The notes beneath the pieces are model-generated. The model had not been told where the DNA came from, ran no database searches, and saw only the letters and a program-made list of their open reading frames with translations. The position numbers and the translations under genes were made by a program. Positions 9,242-17,704 of a stretch of 53,850 nucleotides of DNA are shown here, piece by piece (the stretch's first letter is position 1; the number at the start of each line of letters is the position of its first letter). This DNA is from Candidatus Microgenomatus sp. GTDB taxonomy: Bacteria > Patescibacteriota > Microgenomatia > UBA8517. The stretch covers positions 1 to 53,850 of the forward strand of contig DYGT01000001.1 of assembly GCA_020724555.1 (NCBI GenBank). Reading direction: 5' to 3'.

Positions 9242-10513
9242 CTAGCAAGGGCGAAGCACTGCGACTTCCGCAATGCCCGACCAACCAGGCGGGATGCCTG
9301 TTTTTGCGTCGGATTGACCCTCCATCATTTCGTGCTCGGCGATCGTGTATCCGCCCTGCCAGCACTGGGTGCTGTTCGTTATGCTGTGCGGACCAGTTGT
9401 CTGCCAGCAAGCATTTTCACCCGGGCACTGGGTGAGCATGGTTTCAGCAGGAATGCCAAACAATGCACGCACGGTGCTTTCGCTCCAGTCGGTGACGACC
9501 GGGGCTGCGGGTACGGGTGCGGCCGGGGCGGACGGGGCGGACGCAGCGGGCACGAGCGTCGGGGTAGCTTCAATGGGCGTAACATTTACGACCCACCCGG
9601 CGACCCATATGGTCGATCCGTCCGCCATATACACCCGGTACCATTCTTTATCATCGACTACGACGAATCCATCAGAAGTTGCTTGAGCACCAGGCGCTAA
9701 GCCACCAACTCTGGTAGCGTTTTCGCTTGGTTCCATCCGCAAGTTGACTGGCTGGTCGCCCAAGTTGCGGAGCGTAAAGCTCTGCACCTCGTCGCATGGC
9801 CGGAGCGTGATCATCATTGCTTCGACGCGGTAGCTGCGCGGCGGAATACTGATGTATTCCCCTTCTGGATGCTCCGAAAAGTCCGGCCTTACCTCACCCG
9901 GCTGGGTGCGGTATCCATCTACCCAATTCGAGCAGACGTTCGTGATCAACCACGACTCGCCTTCAATTTCCGGCACTTCCCACGACTGAAGACCATGGAG
10001 TTTGATCTCAGCATCCGGGCCTTGCAGATCGTAGAACTCGCGTGCTTCTTCTAATGTCCACTGGACCTCGTTTTCGCCTCGCAGCTCCAAGCTGGTCTGC
10101 TGTTTGGGAGCCAACGGGCGTGCCACGAGCACCTCAACAAAACACTGAGGTGTTGTCTCGTAGTTTGGCGGGATCGAAATCCTGTCTGCGCGCTGCATAG
10201 CGGCGTATGCTGGACGTATCGGGCCTGCACATCTCCTGTACCCGTCCACCCACTGATCGTGGGGGTTGGTCATCTGGATCGTGCCGGTGAACTTCCAGCA
10301 TTCGGGCTCAATTGCGCCTTCGTACTCGCACTCGGCGAACTCGTAAGTCCCCGAAATTGAGTACAGGGCAATGGCTGCCTCGACTGTCCACGCTTCGGGC
10401 GTGAGGGTAGGTGTTGGCCCGCCCTGAGCGAATGTCGACGGCACAAGTGCCATCGACACCAGGGTCGCGATCATTAGAAACGCGACCAAGAATACCAAAA
10501 CGCTTTTGCGCAT
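9242..10513 (-). CDS. Secreted repeat protein with an SH3b-like domain (GC-rich island 1)
   Basis: Strong SD (AAGGAGGA) and a signal peptide (MRKSVLVFLVAFLMIATLVSMALVPSTFAQG). There are three ~90-aa repeats sharing the pattern W..EA...Y....W.....W.(D)GY......RP......I(S)IPP......(L)RP(C). The segment KEWYRVYMADGSTIWVAGWVV resembles bacterial SH3. Composition is about 60% GC against about 40% in the flanks, from hand counts of several 60-nt lines. Confidence 0.6.
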   Translation of the reverse strand: MRKSVLVFLVAFLMIATLVSMALVPSTFAQGGPTPTLTPEAWTVEAAIALYSISGTYEFAECEYEGAIEPECWKFTGTIQMTNPHDQWVDGYRRCAGPIRPAYAAMQRADRISIPPNYETTPQCFVEVLVARPLAPKQQTSLELRGENEVQWTLEEAREFYDLQGPDAEIKLHGLQSWEVPEIEGESWLITNVCSNWVDGYRTQPGEVRPDFSEHPEGEYISIPPRSYRVEAMMITLRPCDEVQSFTLRNLGDQPVNLRMEPSENATRVGGLAPGAQATSDGFVVVDDKEWYRVYMADGSTIWVAGWVVNVTPIEATPTLVPAASAPSAPAAPVPAAPVVTDWSESTVRALFGIPAETMLTQCPGENACWQTTGPHSITNSTQCWQGGYTIAEHEMMEGQSDAKTGIPPGWSGIAEVAVLRPC

Positions 10514-10856
10514 CGCATCCTCCTTTTGAGGTGCTGGTGACCCGAATGGGTCGTTTTGATCCAGCTCCTCGAAACTAGCGCACGGAAGGAAGAACTTATC
10601 GTTCCGCCCTCGGCGCGCTAGTTAAGGAGTAAAGTTGCCTATTTGTTAAAGTGCCTCGAAGTACAAGAGAGTGCTCCCACAAATGGGATTATCTCTAATG
10701 TTTTCGAGTTAAAAAGCTGCCCGATACCTTGGCTGACGCTTTCGACAACTAGGCATCCAAAGGCAGAGGAAAACCACGAAACATACTCGGAACTTTCCTC
10801 TACTTTTGATATCTGGTTGCAATGGCCAGTTTTCTCACGTTAAGAGCCAGTCGACT

Positions 10857-11126
10857 TTAACGATTAACTTCAAAAGACCTATGGTCTTTTTTATTTTTAA
10901 AATAAATAAGGGGTGCTGAAGCCAACAAAGCTAAGCCAATTAAACGCAAGTCTTCGGCCAAACCGGCAGCTACTATCTCTTCTGGCTCTTCAAAACTTTT
11001 TTTGCCACAAACAACTCCCTGCCCATAAGAGGTAGTACATACTTCCCGCTCATCAGCATAGACATTTCCAGGTAAGGTTAAAAACAAGGTTAAAACTAAA
11101 GCTAAACTAAGTATTAAGTTTTTCAT
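10857..11126 (-). CDS. Small secreted protein with a C-terminal hydrophobic anchor and basic tail
   Basis: 89 aa. Signal peptide MKNLILSLALVLTLFLTLPGNVYA; C-terminus ...EEIVAAGLAEDLRLIGLALLASAPLIYFKNKKDHR. It has its own near-consensus promoter and lies directly downstream of a sortase gene. Confidence 0.5.
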   Translation of the reverse strand: MKNLILSLALVLTLFLTLPGNVYADEREVCTTSYGQGVVCGKKSFEEPEEIVAAGLAEDLRLIGLALLASAPLIYFKNKKDHRSFEVNR

Positions 11127-11185
11127 ATATATTTTTGTTTATAAAAAATCCGGCCTTATCCAAAATCTTTGCCGGTAATTTGAGT

Positions 11186-11214
11186 ATAATATCATGATTG
11201 TTAAATTTTGTCAA
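11186..11214 (-). promoter_or_regulatory. Sigma70-type promoter for the 89-aa gene
   Basis: Minus strand reads TTGACA (11214-11209), then a 17-nt spacer, then TATTAT (11191-11186). It lies about 60 nt upstream of the ATG at 11126. Confidence 0.5.
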
Positions 11215-11275
11215 TACTACAGGATGTAATTTATACAGCATAATTGCGTCTGTAATATCATACATCTAGGACGAT

Positions 11276-12052
11276 TTAGACGCGAAGGAGCTTTGCATAT
11301 TTAAAAATCCGAATGTTACTTGTTAAATCGCGACACGTATATAGGATGAGGTCTGCACTATAATCTTCAATCTTTTCACCCTCGCTTTCGCCGTAAATGG
11401 CATATTTATATTTTCTTTGTCTCCAGATAACTTCGACCGTATCCCCATTTTTAAGCTTAGGTAAATTATAAAACGAATTGCGCCGACGAAAGATATTGCT
11501 CCAACGCAAATATCCATATCTATGGGCTACTAATATGGTAGGCTTTTCCCTTTTATCCGGTGTACCAAAATCGGGTGCTCTCCAAACCCCTTTTTTCAAT
11601 ACTTCCTCGTAATCTTCATAGCTACTAACATGGATTTGGCTTTCCACCCCAATCGCAGGTATTAAAAGCATGTTTTCCATGGGCAAACTGGAGTCGAGCG
11701 GAGGTTGCCAATTGTCTTGAATCTCCTTAATACCAGGAAGCTCGCTTTGGTCCAAATTGCTGACATACCGGCTCCAAAACTGGCTTCCCTGAGCTCGGGC
11801 CGTATAATAAATTGAGGGAATGTAGCTGCCAATGACCAAAATTATACCTAAAGCTGCAATTATTGAGGCTAATCTGTGCTTGGCAAAAAACTTTCTTAAT
11901 TTAGGAAATCTGGGTATACGACGCTTATTTAAGCTCGGTGTTGCAACATGCAAAACTTCCAAAGCTTCCTTTGGCTGCCTATTTTCAATACCTACCAGAG
12001 TGTAAGTATCTACTGGGAATGACGGAAAATAAAACATAACTCTCTTAAACAC
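11276..12052 (-). CDS. Sortase-family transpeptidase (second copy)
   Basis: 258 aa with a TM anchor (ASIIAALGIILVIGSYIPSIYY). Catalytic motifs: ILVAHR (His), DLILYTCRD (Cys) and NIRIFKYA (Arg). Confidence 0.75.
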   Translation of the reverse strand: MFKRVMFYFPSFPVDTYTLVGIENRQPKEALEVLHVATPSLNKRRIPRFPKLRKFFAKHRLASIIAALGIILVIGSYIPSIYYTARAQGSQFWSRYVSNLDQSELPGIKEIQDNWQPPLDSSLPMENMLLIPAIGVESQIHVSSYEDYEEVLKKGVWRAPDFGTPDKREKPTILVAHRYGYLRWSNIFRRRNSFYNLPKLKNGDTVEVIWRQRKYKYAIYGESEGEKIEDYSADLILYTCRDLTSNIRIFKYAKLLRV

Positions 12053-12208
12053 CTATACCAAAATCGGCTCCAAAAAGAGTGGGTAGTGAGCCTGCCCTAC
12101 ACACCACCCACCCTTTCTAGAGCCGAATAATCGCGCTTTTTTGCGCTTACCAAAAAGAAGCTCTTGACAAAGACTGTGAAAACTGTCTAGTCTATTAATG
12201 ATTTACCT

Positions 12209-12331
12209 TTTTCTCTGCCTGTCCTAAGGTAAATTAAATAAAAAGAGCATTGCTAGTCGTGCTAGCATCCTTTCTCGTTGAGACGAAAGAGTTGCTGCAG
12301 CGATGGTGATGCTCTTTTTTTTATTCTAAAG
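12209..12331 (+). ncRNA. Candidate ~120-nt structured RNA, or a bidirectional terminator of radA
   Basis: A possible promoter reads TTGACA (12173-12178), an 18-nt spacer, then TAGTCT (12197-12202). Downstream come a hairpin TTTACCTT/AAGGTAAA (12211-12242), a hairpin TGCTAG/CTAGCA, and a long-range stem GAGCAT (12254-12259)/ATGCTC (12318-12323) followed by T8 (12324-12331). The same stem on the minus strand is followed by TTTTTATTTAATTT, so it may simply terminate radA. No known RNA family recognised. Confidence 0.3.
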
Positions 12332-12493
12332 ATCTGAAAGTATTATACTTCCGACTCCCCAATTTTGTCAAATCCTATAAGAATTATAATCACAAATTTT
12401 ATTATTCCTATAATATTTTATATGCAAAAAATAACGAATTAAAGGCTTTTTTTAAATAACACTTATGTTTGTGGATAACTTGTAGAGAAATAA

Positions 12494-13807
12494 TTATTTT
12501 ACAAATTGCTTTACTACAGAGGTCAGGGTGTCAAAATCTTCACTAGAGATATAAGTCTTATAACCTTGTCTATTTGCTTGCTTTTTACGTTTAGCTGCGG
12601 CAAATACAGGCCTTAAGCCCCCAGACAAATCCAGCTCCCCCACGCAAACCGCTTTTGGCATAGCTTTTTCTTTAAAAGAGCTTATTAAAGACAAAGCCAC
12701 TGCCAGATCGGCCGCCGGTTCTTTTACATTAAACCCACCTACAACGTTTAAATATACGTCTTTTTCCCAAAAAGGCAGATGCAGCCTTTGCATTATCACT
12801 GCCAGTATTACCTCTAGTCTTTTTGAGTCTATTCCTTGTGCAATACGCCTTGGATATGCCGTATGTGTGGGCACTACCAAAGATTGTATTTCCACCAAAA
12901 CCGGTCTTGTGCCCTCCATCACACAGGTGACGGCAGATCCGGCAACTTTTTTGTTTGAGTCTGTAACAAAAAGTTTTTCGCTTTCTTCTATACTGATAAG
13001 GCCCTTTTCCTCCATTTTAAATAGACCAATCTCATCTGTGGGGCCAAAGCGGTTTTTAACACTTCTTAAGGTACGAACCAGAAGCTCTTTATCTCCCTCA
13101 AACCAGCAAACTGTATCCACCATGTGAGCTAGTGTTGCCGGACCCGCTACTGTTCCTTCTTTGGTGGCGTGACCCACCAATATCAGCGGAATTCCCAAGG
13201 CTTTTGTCGTTTGTATTAAACGGAATGCCGACTCCCTTACCTGTCCCACGGAGCCAGCCATACCAGACAGGTCAAGCGTGGACATGGTTTGAATTGAATC
13301 TATGATGATTACATTTGGCCGCACTTTTTTAGAAGAATAGGAGTTTATAAGCCCCACTATCGCGTCTGTATTTGTTTCCTCTAAGATATCTATATTACCC
13401 GATTGCACTCCCAGCCTATCTGCCCTTATTTTAATCTGGCCGACAGATTCCTCTCCCGACACATACAAAGCTCCGGCCAAATTATCTGAGAGCTGAAGTA
13501 GTAAGGTTGATTTGCCAATACCGGGCTCACCTGCCAACAAAACCACCTGACCCAGTACAAGCCCTCCACCAAGGACGCGATCCAGCTCGGATATTTTTGT
13601 ATTTATCCTTTGCGTATCTTGGGCTTTAACAGAACTGAGCTTTACAGGATCTTTTATTTGTGTTCGATTTCTACTTTTTTTACCTACTGTTGGGGATTCA
13701 AGTGTCTCCACCATCGTCCCCCAAGAGCCACATTCCGGGCATTTACCACTCCATCCTGTTTGGCTATAACCGCACTGTTGACATACATACTTACTTTTTT
13801 TCGCCAT
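12494..13807 (-). CDS. radA: DNA repair protein RadA/Sms
   Basis: N-terminal zinc finger CQQCGYSQTGWSGKCPECGSWG, Walker A GEPGIGKST, the KNRFG motif (VKNRFGPTDE), and a Lon-like C-terminal domain. Confidence 0.9.
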   Translation of the reverse strand: MAKKSKYVCQQCGYSQTGWSGKCPECGSWGTMVETLESPTVGKKSRNRTQIKDPVKLSSVKAQDTQRINTKISELDRVLGGGLVLGQVVLLAGEPGIGKSTLLLQLSDNLAGALYVSGEESVGQIKIRADRLGVQSGNIDILEETNTDAIVGLINSYSSKKVRPNVIIIDSIQTMSTLDLSGMAGSVGQVRESAFRLIQTTKALGIPLILVGHATKEGTVAGPATLAHMVDTVCWFEGDKELLVRTLRSVKNRFGPTDEIGLFKMEEKGLISIEESEKLFVTDSNKKVAGSAVTCVMEGTRPVLVEIQSLVVPTHTAYPRRIAQGIDSKRLEVILAVIMQRLHLPFWEKDVYLNVVGGFNVKEPAADLAVALSLISSFKEKAMPKAVCVGELDLSGGLRPVFAAAKRKKQANRQGYKTYISSEDFDTLTSVVKQFVK

Positions 13808-13838
13808 AACTTATTATACATACCAACAAATATGAAGA

Positions 13839-14981
13839 TTATTTATAAGCAACCGGTTTAGTGGTAAGAACCAACCCTAGCGCAATTTTGTGCTCATTTG
13901 CGTCCACTTCCTCGATGTACACCGATACTTCCTGGCCTTTTTTAAACTCCATGCTTGGTGGAATTTTCGTTATATGCAAAAGGCCCTCAACACCAGGTTC
14001 AAGTTCAATGAAAACGCCAAAGCTACTTTGTTTAACCACCTTACCCGTGTGTTTACTTTCCGCTGGATATTCAATCTCTACATCATCCCAAGGATCTTTT
14101 TTGGCTTGCTTTATAGACAGGGAAACCCGCCCTTCCTCTTGGGATACCTCGAGCACTTTAACCTCAACTTTGTCTCCCACTTTTAGACGGTTTTCGGCTT
14201 TTTCAATTTTATCCCAAGAAATTTCTGAAATATGCACCAAACCTTCAACCGGTACTTTCTGTTTATCAACTGCCGCGTCAATCTTTACAAAAGCACCAAA
14301 GTTAGTTAACTGAGTAACCTCGCCTATGTAAATTTCTCCTTCTTTTAAATTAGAGATAGCTTTGCTTTCAAGTTTTAGCTGGTCGGCCTCGGAAACCGCT
14401 TTTTCCGATAAAACCACGCGACCCCGTTTTGGATCCAACTCAACTATTTTAAGTTTAACCTCACTCTCAACGAGTTGGTCACCTTTTTCTAAGGCTTTTT
14501 TGCCTATATGAGACAGCGGCACAAAACCAATCATTTTGCCGGGTATTGTAACCACCATCCCTTTATCGCTAATGCTTTTAACTATCGCTGTTAGCGTTTT
14601 ACCCTCTTTTTGTGCTTTATAAAGTTCATCCCATTGGACGTTCGCTGCATATTGTTTTAATGAAAGACGCACATAACCTTCGCGGGTTTCAGCATCTACC
14701 ACTATGGCTTGCACTTTATCTCCCACTTTTAAACTTTGCGCAAAGTCTCGTACTTCATCGAACAAAAGCCCGGTCAAAATTCCCTCGCTTTTTCCACCTA
14801 TATTAAACATAATGGTTTGAGGGAAAACATCGGTTACTTCCGCCTCTATTTCATCCCCCTCTTGGAAGGACTTTATCTGAAAACCGGATTTTGCAAGCAA
14901 TTCTTCCATGCTAACAGGCTGGCTGGATGCGCCTTTAGAAGTTTTTTTGTCAGTTTTGTTAATTTGTTTTTTTGTTGCCAA
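13839..14981 (-). CDS. rpsA: 30S ribosomal protein S1 (four S1 domains)
   Basis: 380 aa with repeated S1/OB motifs (e.g. GEVTQLTNFGAFVKI, GKVVKQSSFGVFIEL). It uses a TTG start 9 nt after AAAGGTGG and starts only ~50 nt downstream of the 5S rRNA 3' end. Confidence 0.85.
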   Translation of the reverse strand: MATKKQINKTDKKTSKGASSQPVSMEELLAKSGFQIKSFQEGDEIEAEVTDVFPQTIMFNIGGKSEGILTGLLFDEVRDFAQSLKVGDKVQAIVVDAETREGYVRLSLKQYAANVQWDELYKAQKEGKTLTAIVKSISDKGMVVTIPGKMIGFVPLSHIGKKALEKGDQLVESEVKLKIVELDPKRGRVVLSEKAVSEADQLKLESKAISNLKEGEIYIGEVTQLTNFGAFVKIDAAVDKQKVPVEGLVHISEISWDKIEKAENRLKVGDKVEVKVLEVSQEEGRVSLSIKQAKKDPWDDVEIEYPAESKHTGKVVKQSSFGVFIELEPGVEGLLHITKIPPSMEFKKGQEVSVYIEEVDANEHKIALGLVLTTKPVAYK

Positions 14982-15031
14982 AATTCATAAACCACCTTTC
15001 TTTTTATTGCACTTAATTTGAATCCAAAATT

Positions 15032-15150
15032 GTCCCGGCAATGACCTATTTTCGCAGAGGGTTGCCCCAACACTATCGTCGGCGCTGATGCGTTTCACTT
15101 ATGAGTTCGGAATGGATCATGTGGTTCCACATCGCTATCTTCACCGAGAC
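15032..15150 (-). rRNA. rrf: 5S rRNA
   Basis: Minus strand reads GTCTCGGTGAAGATAGCGATGTGGAACCACATGATCCATTCCGAACTCATAAGTGAAACGCATCAGCGCCGACGATAGTGTTGGGGCAACCCTCTGCGAAAATAGGTCATTGCCGGGAC. It carries the conserved CCGAAC...GTGAAAC core, and its termini pair as helix I. Confidence 0.85.
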
Positions 15151-15194
15151 AGTTTTAGATTCAAATTAAAGTGCTGTTTGTTATTCTTTTATTA

Positions 15195-15216
15195 CTGAAG
15201 AGAAAAGTTCGCAAGT
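15195..15216 (-). promoter_or_regulatory. 3' strand of the 23S processing stem
   Basis: ACTTGCGAACTTTTCTCTTCAG (minus strand) is complementary to CTGAAGAGAAAGGTCGCAAGT at 19767-19747. This is an RNase III-type stem enclosing the 23S. Confidence 0.6.
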
Positions 15217-15327
15217 CGTTTCGACCGATTCGTACTGATACGCTTAACAGATTACTCCGCTTCCACGTCCAGCCGATCAACCTGGTGTTCTTCCAGGAGT
15301 CTAATGATGAACCCTAATCTTAGGGTG

Positions 15328-15360
<33 letters not shown>

Positions 15361-16000
15361 CATAGGAATGTAGCTACCCGGCGTTGCCGCTGACGCGACA
15401 ACCGGCACACTAGGGATTCCTCCAGCCAGGTCCTCTCGTACTGTGGCCAGCTCCCTTCAAGGTTCAAACGCATACACCGGATAGAGTCCGAGCTGTCTCA
15501 CGACGCTCTGAACCCAGCTCACGTACCACTTTAATGGGCGAACAGACCAACCCTTGGGAGGTGCTCCCCCCCCAGGATGTGGTGAGCCGACATCGAGGTA
15601 GCGAACCGCACCGTCGATATGAACTCTCGGGTGCGACTACTCTGTTATCCCCGGGGTAACTTTTATCCGTTAAGCCCCATCCATTTCCACAATGAGATGG
15701 GGGATCACTAAGACCTGCTTTCGCACCTGCTCCACCCGTCGGTGTCGCAGTCAAGCTGGCTTTAAGCTTTACCCTTTCTCCATGATTTCCATCCATGGTA
15801 AGCCAACCTTTGTGCCCCTGCGTTACAATTTGGCAGGGATCCGCCCCAGACAAACTGCCCATCTGACACTTTCCTTGGACCCGTCTTCAGGGCCCATAAG
15901 TAAGTCTTGTGAGCATTCCAAAGAGAGGTGTTTCATTGGCCCCCGCTAAGCGGGGTCCCTCCTACGCTAAACAATTGGAATGTCCAAAACAATGCCAGAA

Positions 16001-16033
<33 letters not shown>

Positions 16034-16131
16034 GTGTATGTAGGCCGCGTCTTCACAGCCAACGCAATTTCGCCGAGTGAAGGGTTAAGACAGTTGTCAT
16101 CTCGTTACGCCTTTCGTGCGGGTCGGAACTT

Positions 16132-16925
16132 CATGATGTTACTCAAATTTTCATTTGAGATCAGACTATATCTTCATCTTGCTATGAAGCTCCACGAGCT
16201 CACGCTCGTGGTTTCTTCTCAGCTCAGCTTCACAGATCAAAAGCTGTTCAGCTTTTGCTGATAAACTTTAGGAGTTGTTGTTTTTTATATTTTCTTTTTC
16301 CCGCACAATTCATTTGATAAGCTAAATCAATCACTTCATTTAAATATTTTTTATTTAAATGGTGTTTTGAAACAACAAGCTTACAGATCTTTGAAAATAA
16401 AAGAAAATCGTTTTTTTTTTGAAGTCTTAAGTCTATATTTTTCAAAATGAGGAATTATAACTTTAGTCAAATCATTGATCGATCTAACTTCGTATTTATA
16501 ATTTTGATCCTTCTTTGAAAACCTTATAGAACCTACACCAAAATAATTTCTTATTTCTCTAAGCACTGAAAGATTTCTCCTGTGCTGAGAAATAGAAAAA
16601 CTTGGTCTGACTTCAATATTTGTTACCATCTTACTTCTACGGTTAAAGGAAACACAAAAACTTCCTTCACCGTCAGTAAAACCGGTAATATAATTTTCAA
16701 ACTCCATGGTCTTTTTTTAATGCAAGAGCTGGCGTATTTCCCGACTTAGTCGGGACTCACCTTTCGGCTCAGTCGTTACGGCTCGATCACTTAGCATAAA
16801 GCATAATAATCTTGCCTCGGTATTGGCATACTCGTTTAACTTAATAGTAGCACGAGTTTAGCTTTCACCGATATTAGCCAGTTTACTTTCCACACATCGC
16901 TGTGGGTTCGGGCAAATTCCACTTT
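16132..16925 (-). mobile_element. Group I intron inserted after U1951 (E. coli 23S numbering), 794 nt
   Basis: The 5' exon ends ...CTTGTCGGGT (U). The intron ends ...GAAGATATAGTCTGATCTC...AACATCATG (terminal G). The 3' exon resumes AAGTTCCGACCCGCACGAA. AGATATAGTC is the conserved group I P7/P3 core motif. Confidence 0.75.
16248..16707 (-). pseudogene. LAGLIDADG homing endonuclease ORF split by a frameshift in an A10 run
   Basis: ORF 16381-16707 (MEFENYITGFTDGEGSF...HFEKYRLKTSKKK) and ORF 16248-16445 (..KKNDFLLFSKICKLVVSKHHL...GKRKY) together align along the intact paralog at 17011-17538. The frames switch inside T10 at 16411-16420. Confidence 0.7.
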
Positions 16926-16959
16926 ACCCGACAAGGAACTTCGCTACCGTAGAACAGTT

Positions 16960-17704
16960 CATTTATGTTAACTCCGATTCTCATCGGAGATCGGACTATA
17001 TCATTCCCGATTAAATCGGGACTTGGCGTGTAGTCTCTGGGGATTCCAAAACATCACTAATTGTATATTTTCGAGTTCTCCCTTTTCCTTTATTAATCTT
17101 TTCTCTAATTTCAAGCAATTCTTTTAAGCCTTCATCAGTAAGATGGCGCTTATCGTACATAATTTTTACTGCTCTTTTAAAAAGCGAAAAATTATACTTT
17201 TTATTGTTTGAAAAAAAATTATATTTATTAAAAAAAGGAATTATTCTTTCCTGAAGTGCTGTTGGATTTGTAACATCATAAGAATACAATCCATCTTTTC
17301 GTCTCTTAATGATTCCGCATTTAAAATGCCTCTTCATAAGAATCAGAATAGTTATGTCTCTTTGTGAAACATTAAATGATAGCACTGGTTGCCATTTCTG
17401 TTTATAATCTTGTTTATAGCGAAGAGAAATATTAAAACTTCCCTCACCGTCAACAAAACCTGCAAAATACCAACCAATCTTTTCAGGAACACTTACTCGA
17501 AATTGTTTTGGTCTTTCCTGCTGATTATCTCTATTCATCTGATTTTCACTTCTGATAAAACTTAAAATAAGTCTATCAGCAGTACAGATGACCTGTCAAG
17601 ATTTTCCAGCATATAGCCAAGTTTTTCCCCGCCCTTGGCGGGGGAATAGCGAATATCTATGAAATTTATTAATCATAGAGCTATTCTCAACTACTATGTT
17701 ACTA
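16960..17704 (-). mobile_element. Group I intron inserted after U1917 (H69 loop) of the 23S, 745 nt
   Basis: The 5' exon ends ...GGCAGCAGTAACTAT (U). The intron ends ...GATATAGTCCGATCTCCGATGAGAATCGGAGTTAACATAAATG (terminal G). The 3' exon resumes AACTGTTCTACGGTAGCGAAGTTCC. Only 34 nt of exon (16926-16959) separate it from the U1951 intron. Confidence 0.75.
17011..17538 (-). CDS. LAGLIDADG homing endonuclease (single-motif type), intron-encoded
   Basis: 175 aa with the motif WYFAGFVDGEGSFNISL. It lies entirely inside the U1917 intron. Confidence 0.85.
   Translation of the reverse strand: MNRDNQQERPKQFRVSVPEKIGWYFAGFVDGEGSFNISLRYKQDYKQKWQPVLSFNVSQRDITILILMKRHFKCGIIKRRKDGLYSYDVTNPTALQERIIPFFNKYNFFSNNKKYNFSLFKRAVKIMYDKRHLTDEGLKELLEIREKINKGKGRTRKYTISDVLESPETTRQVPI

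Noticed and set aside
9057-9700. ORFs 9057-9410, 9205-9435, 9314-9700, 9345-9686 and 9379-9585.
   Set aside because: They are alternative frames of the GC-rich gene 9242-10513. High GC keeps many frames open, and only the 423-aa frame has an SD, a signal peptide and a repeat architecture.
10643-10843. 66-aa plus-strand ORF upstream of GC island 1.
   Set aside because: It has no SD and lies in the 5' flank or UTR region of the minus-strand gene, so it is probably non-coding.
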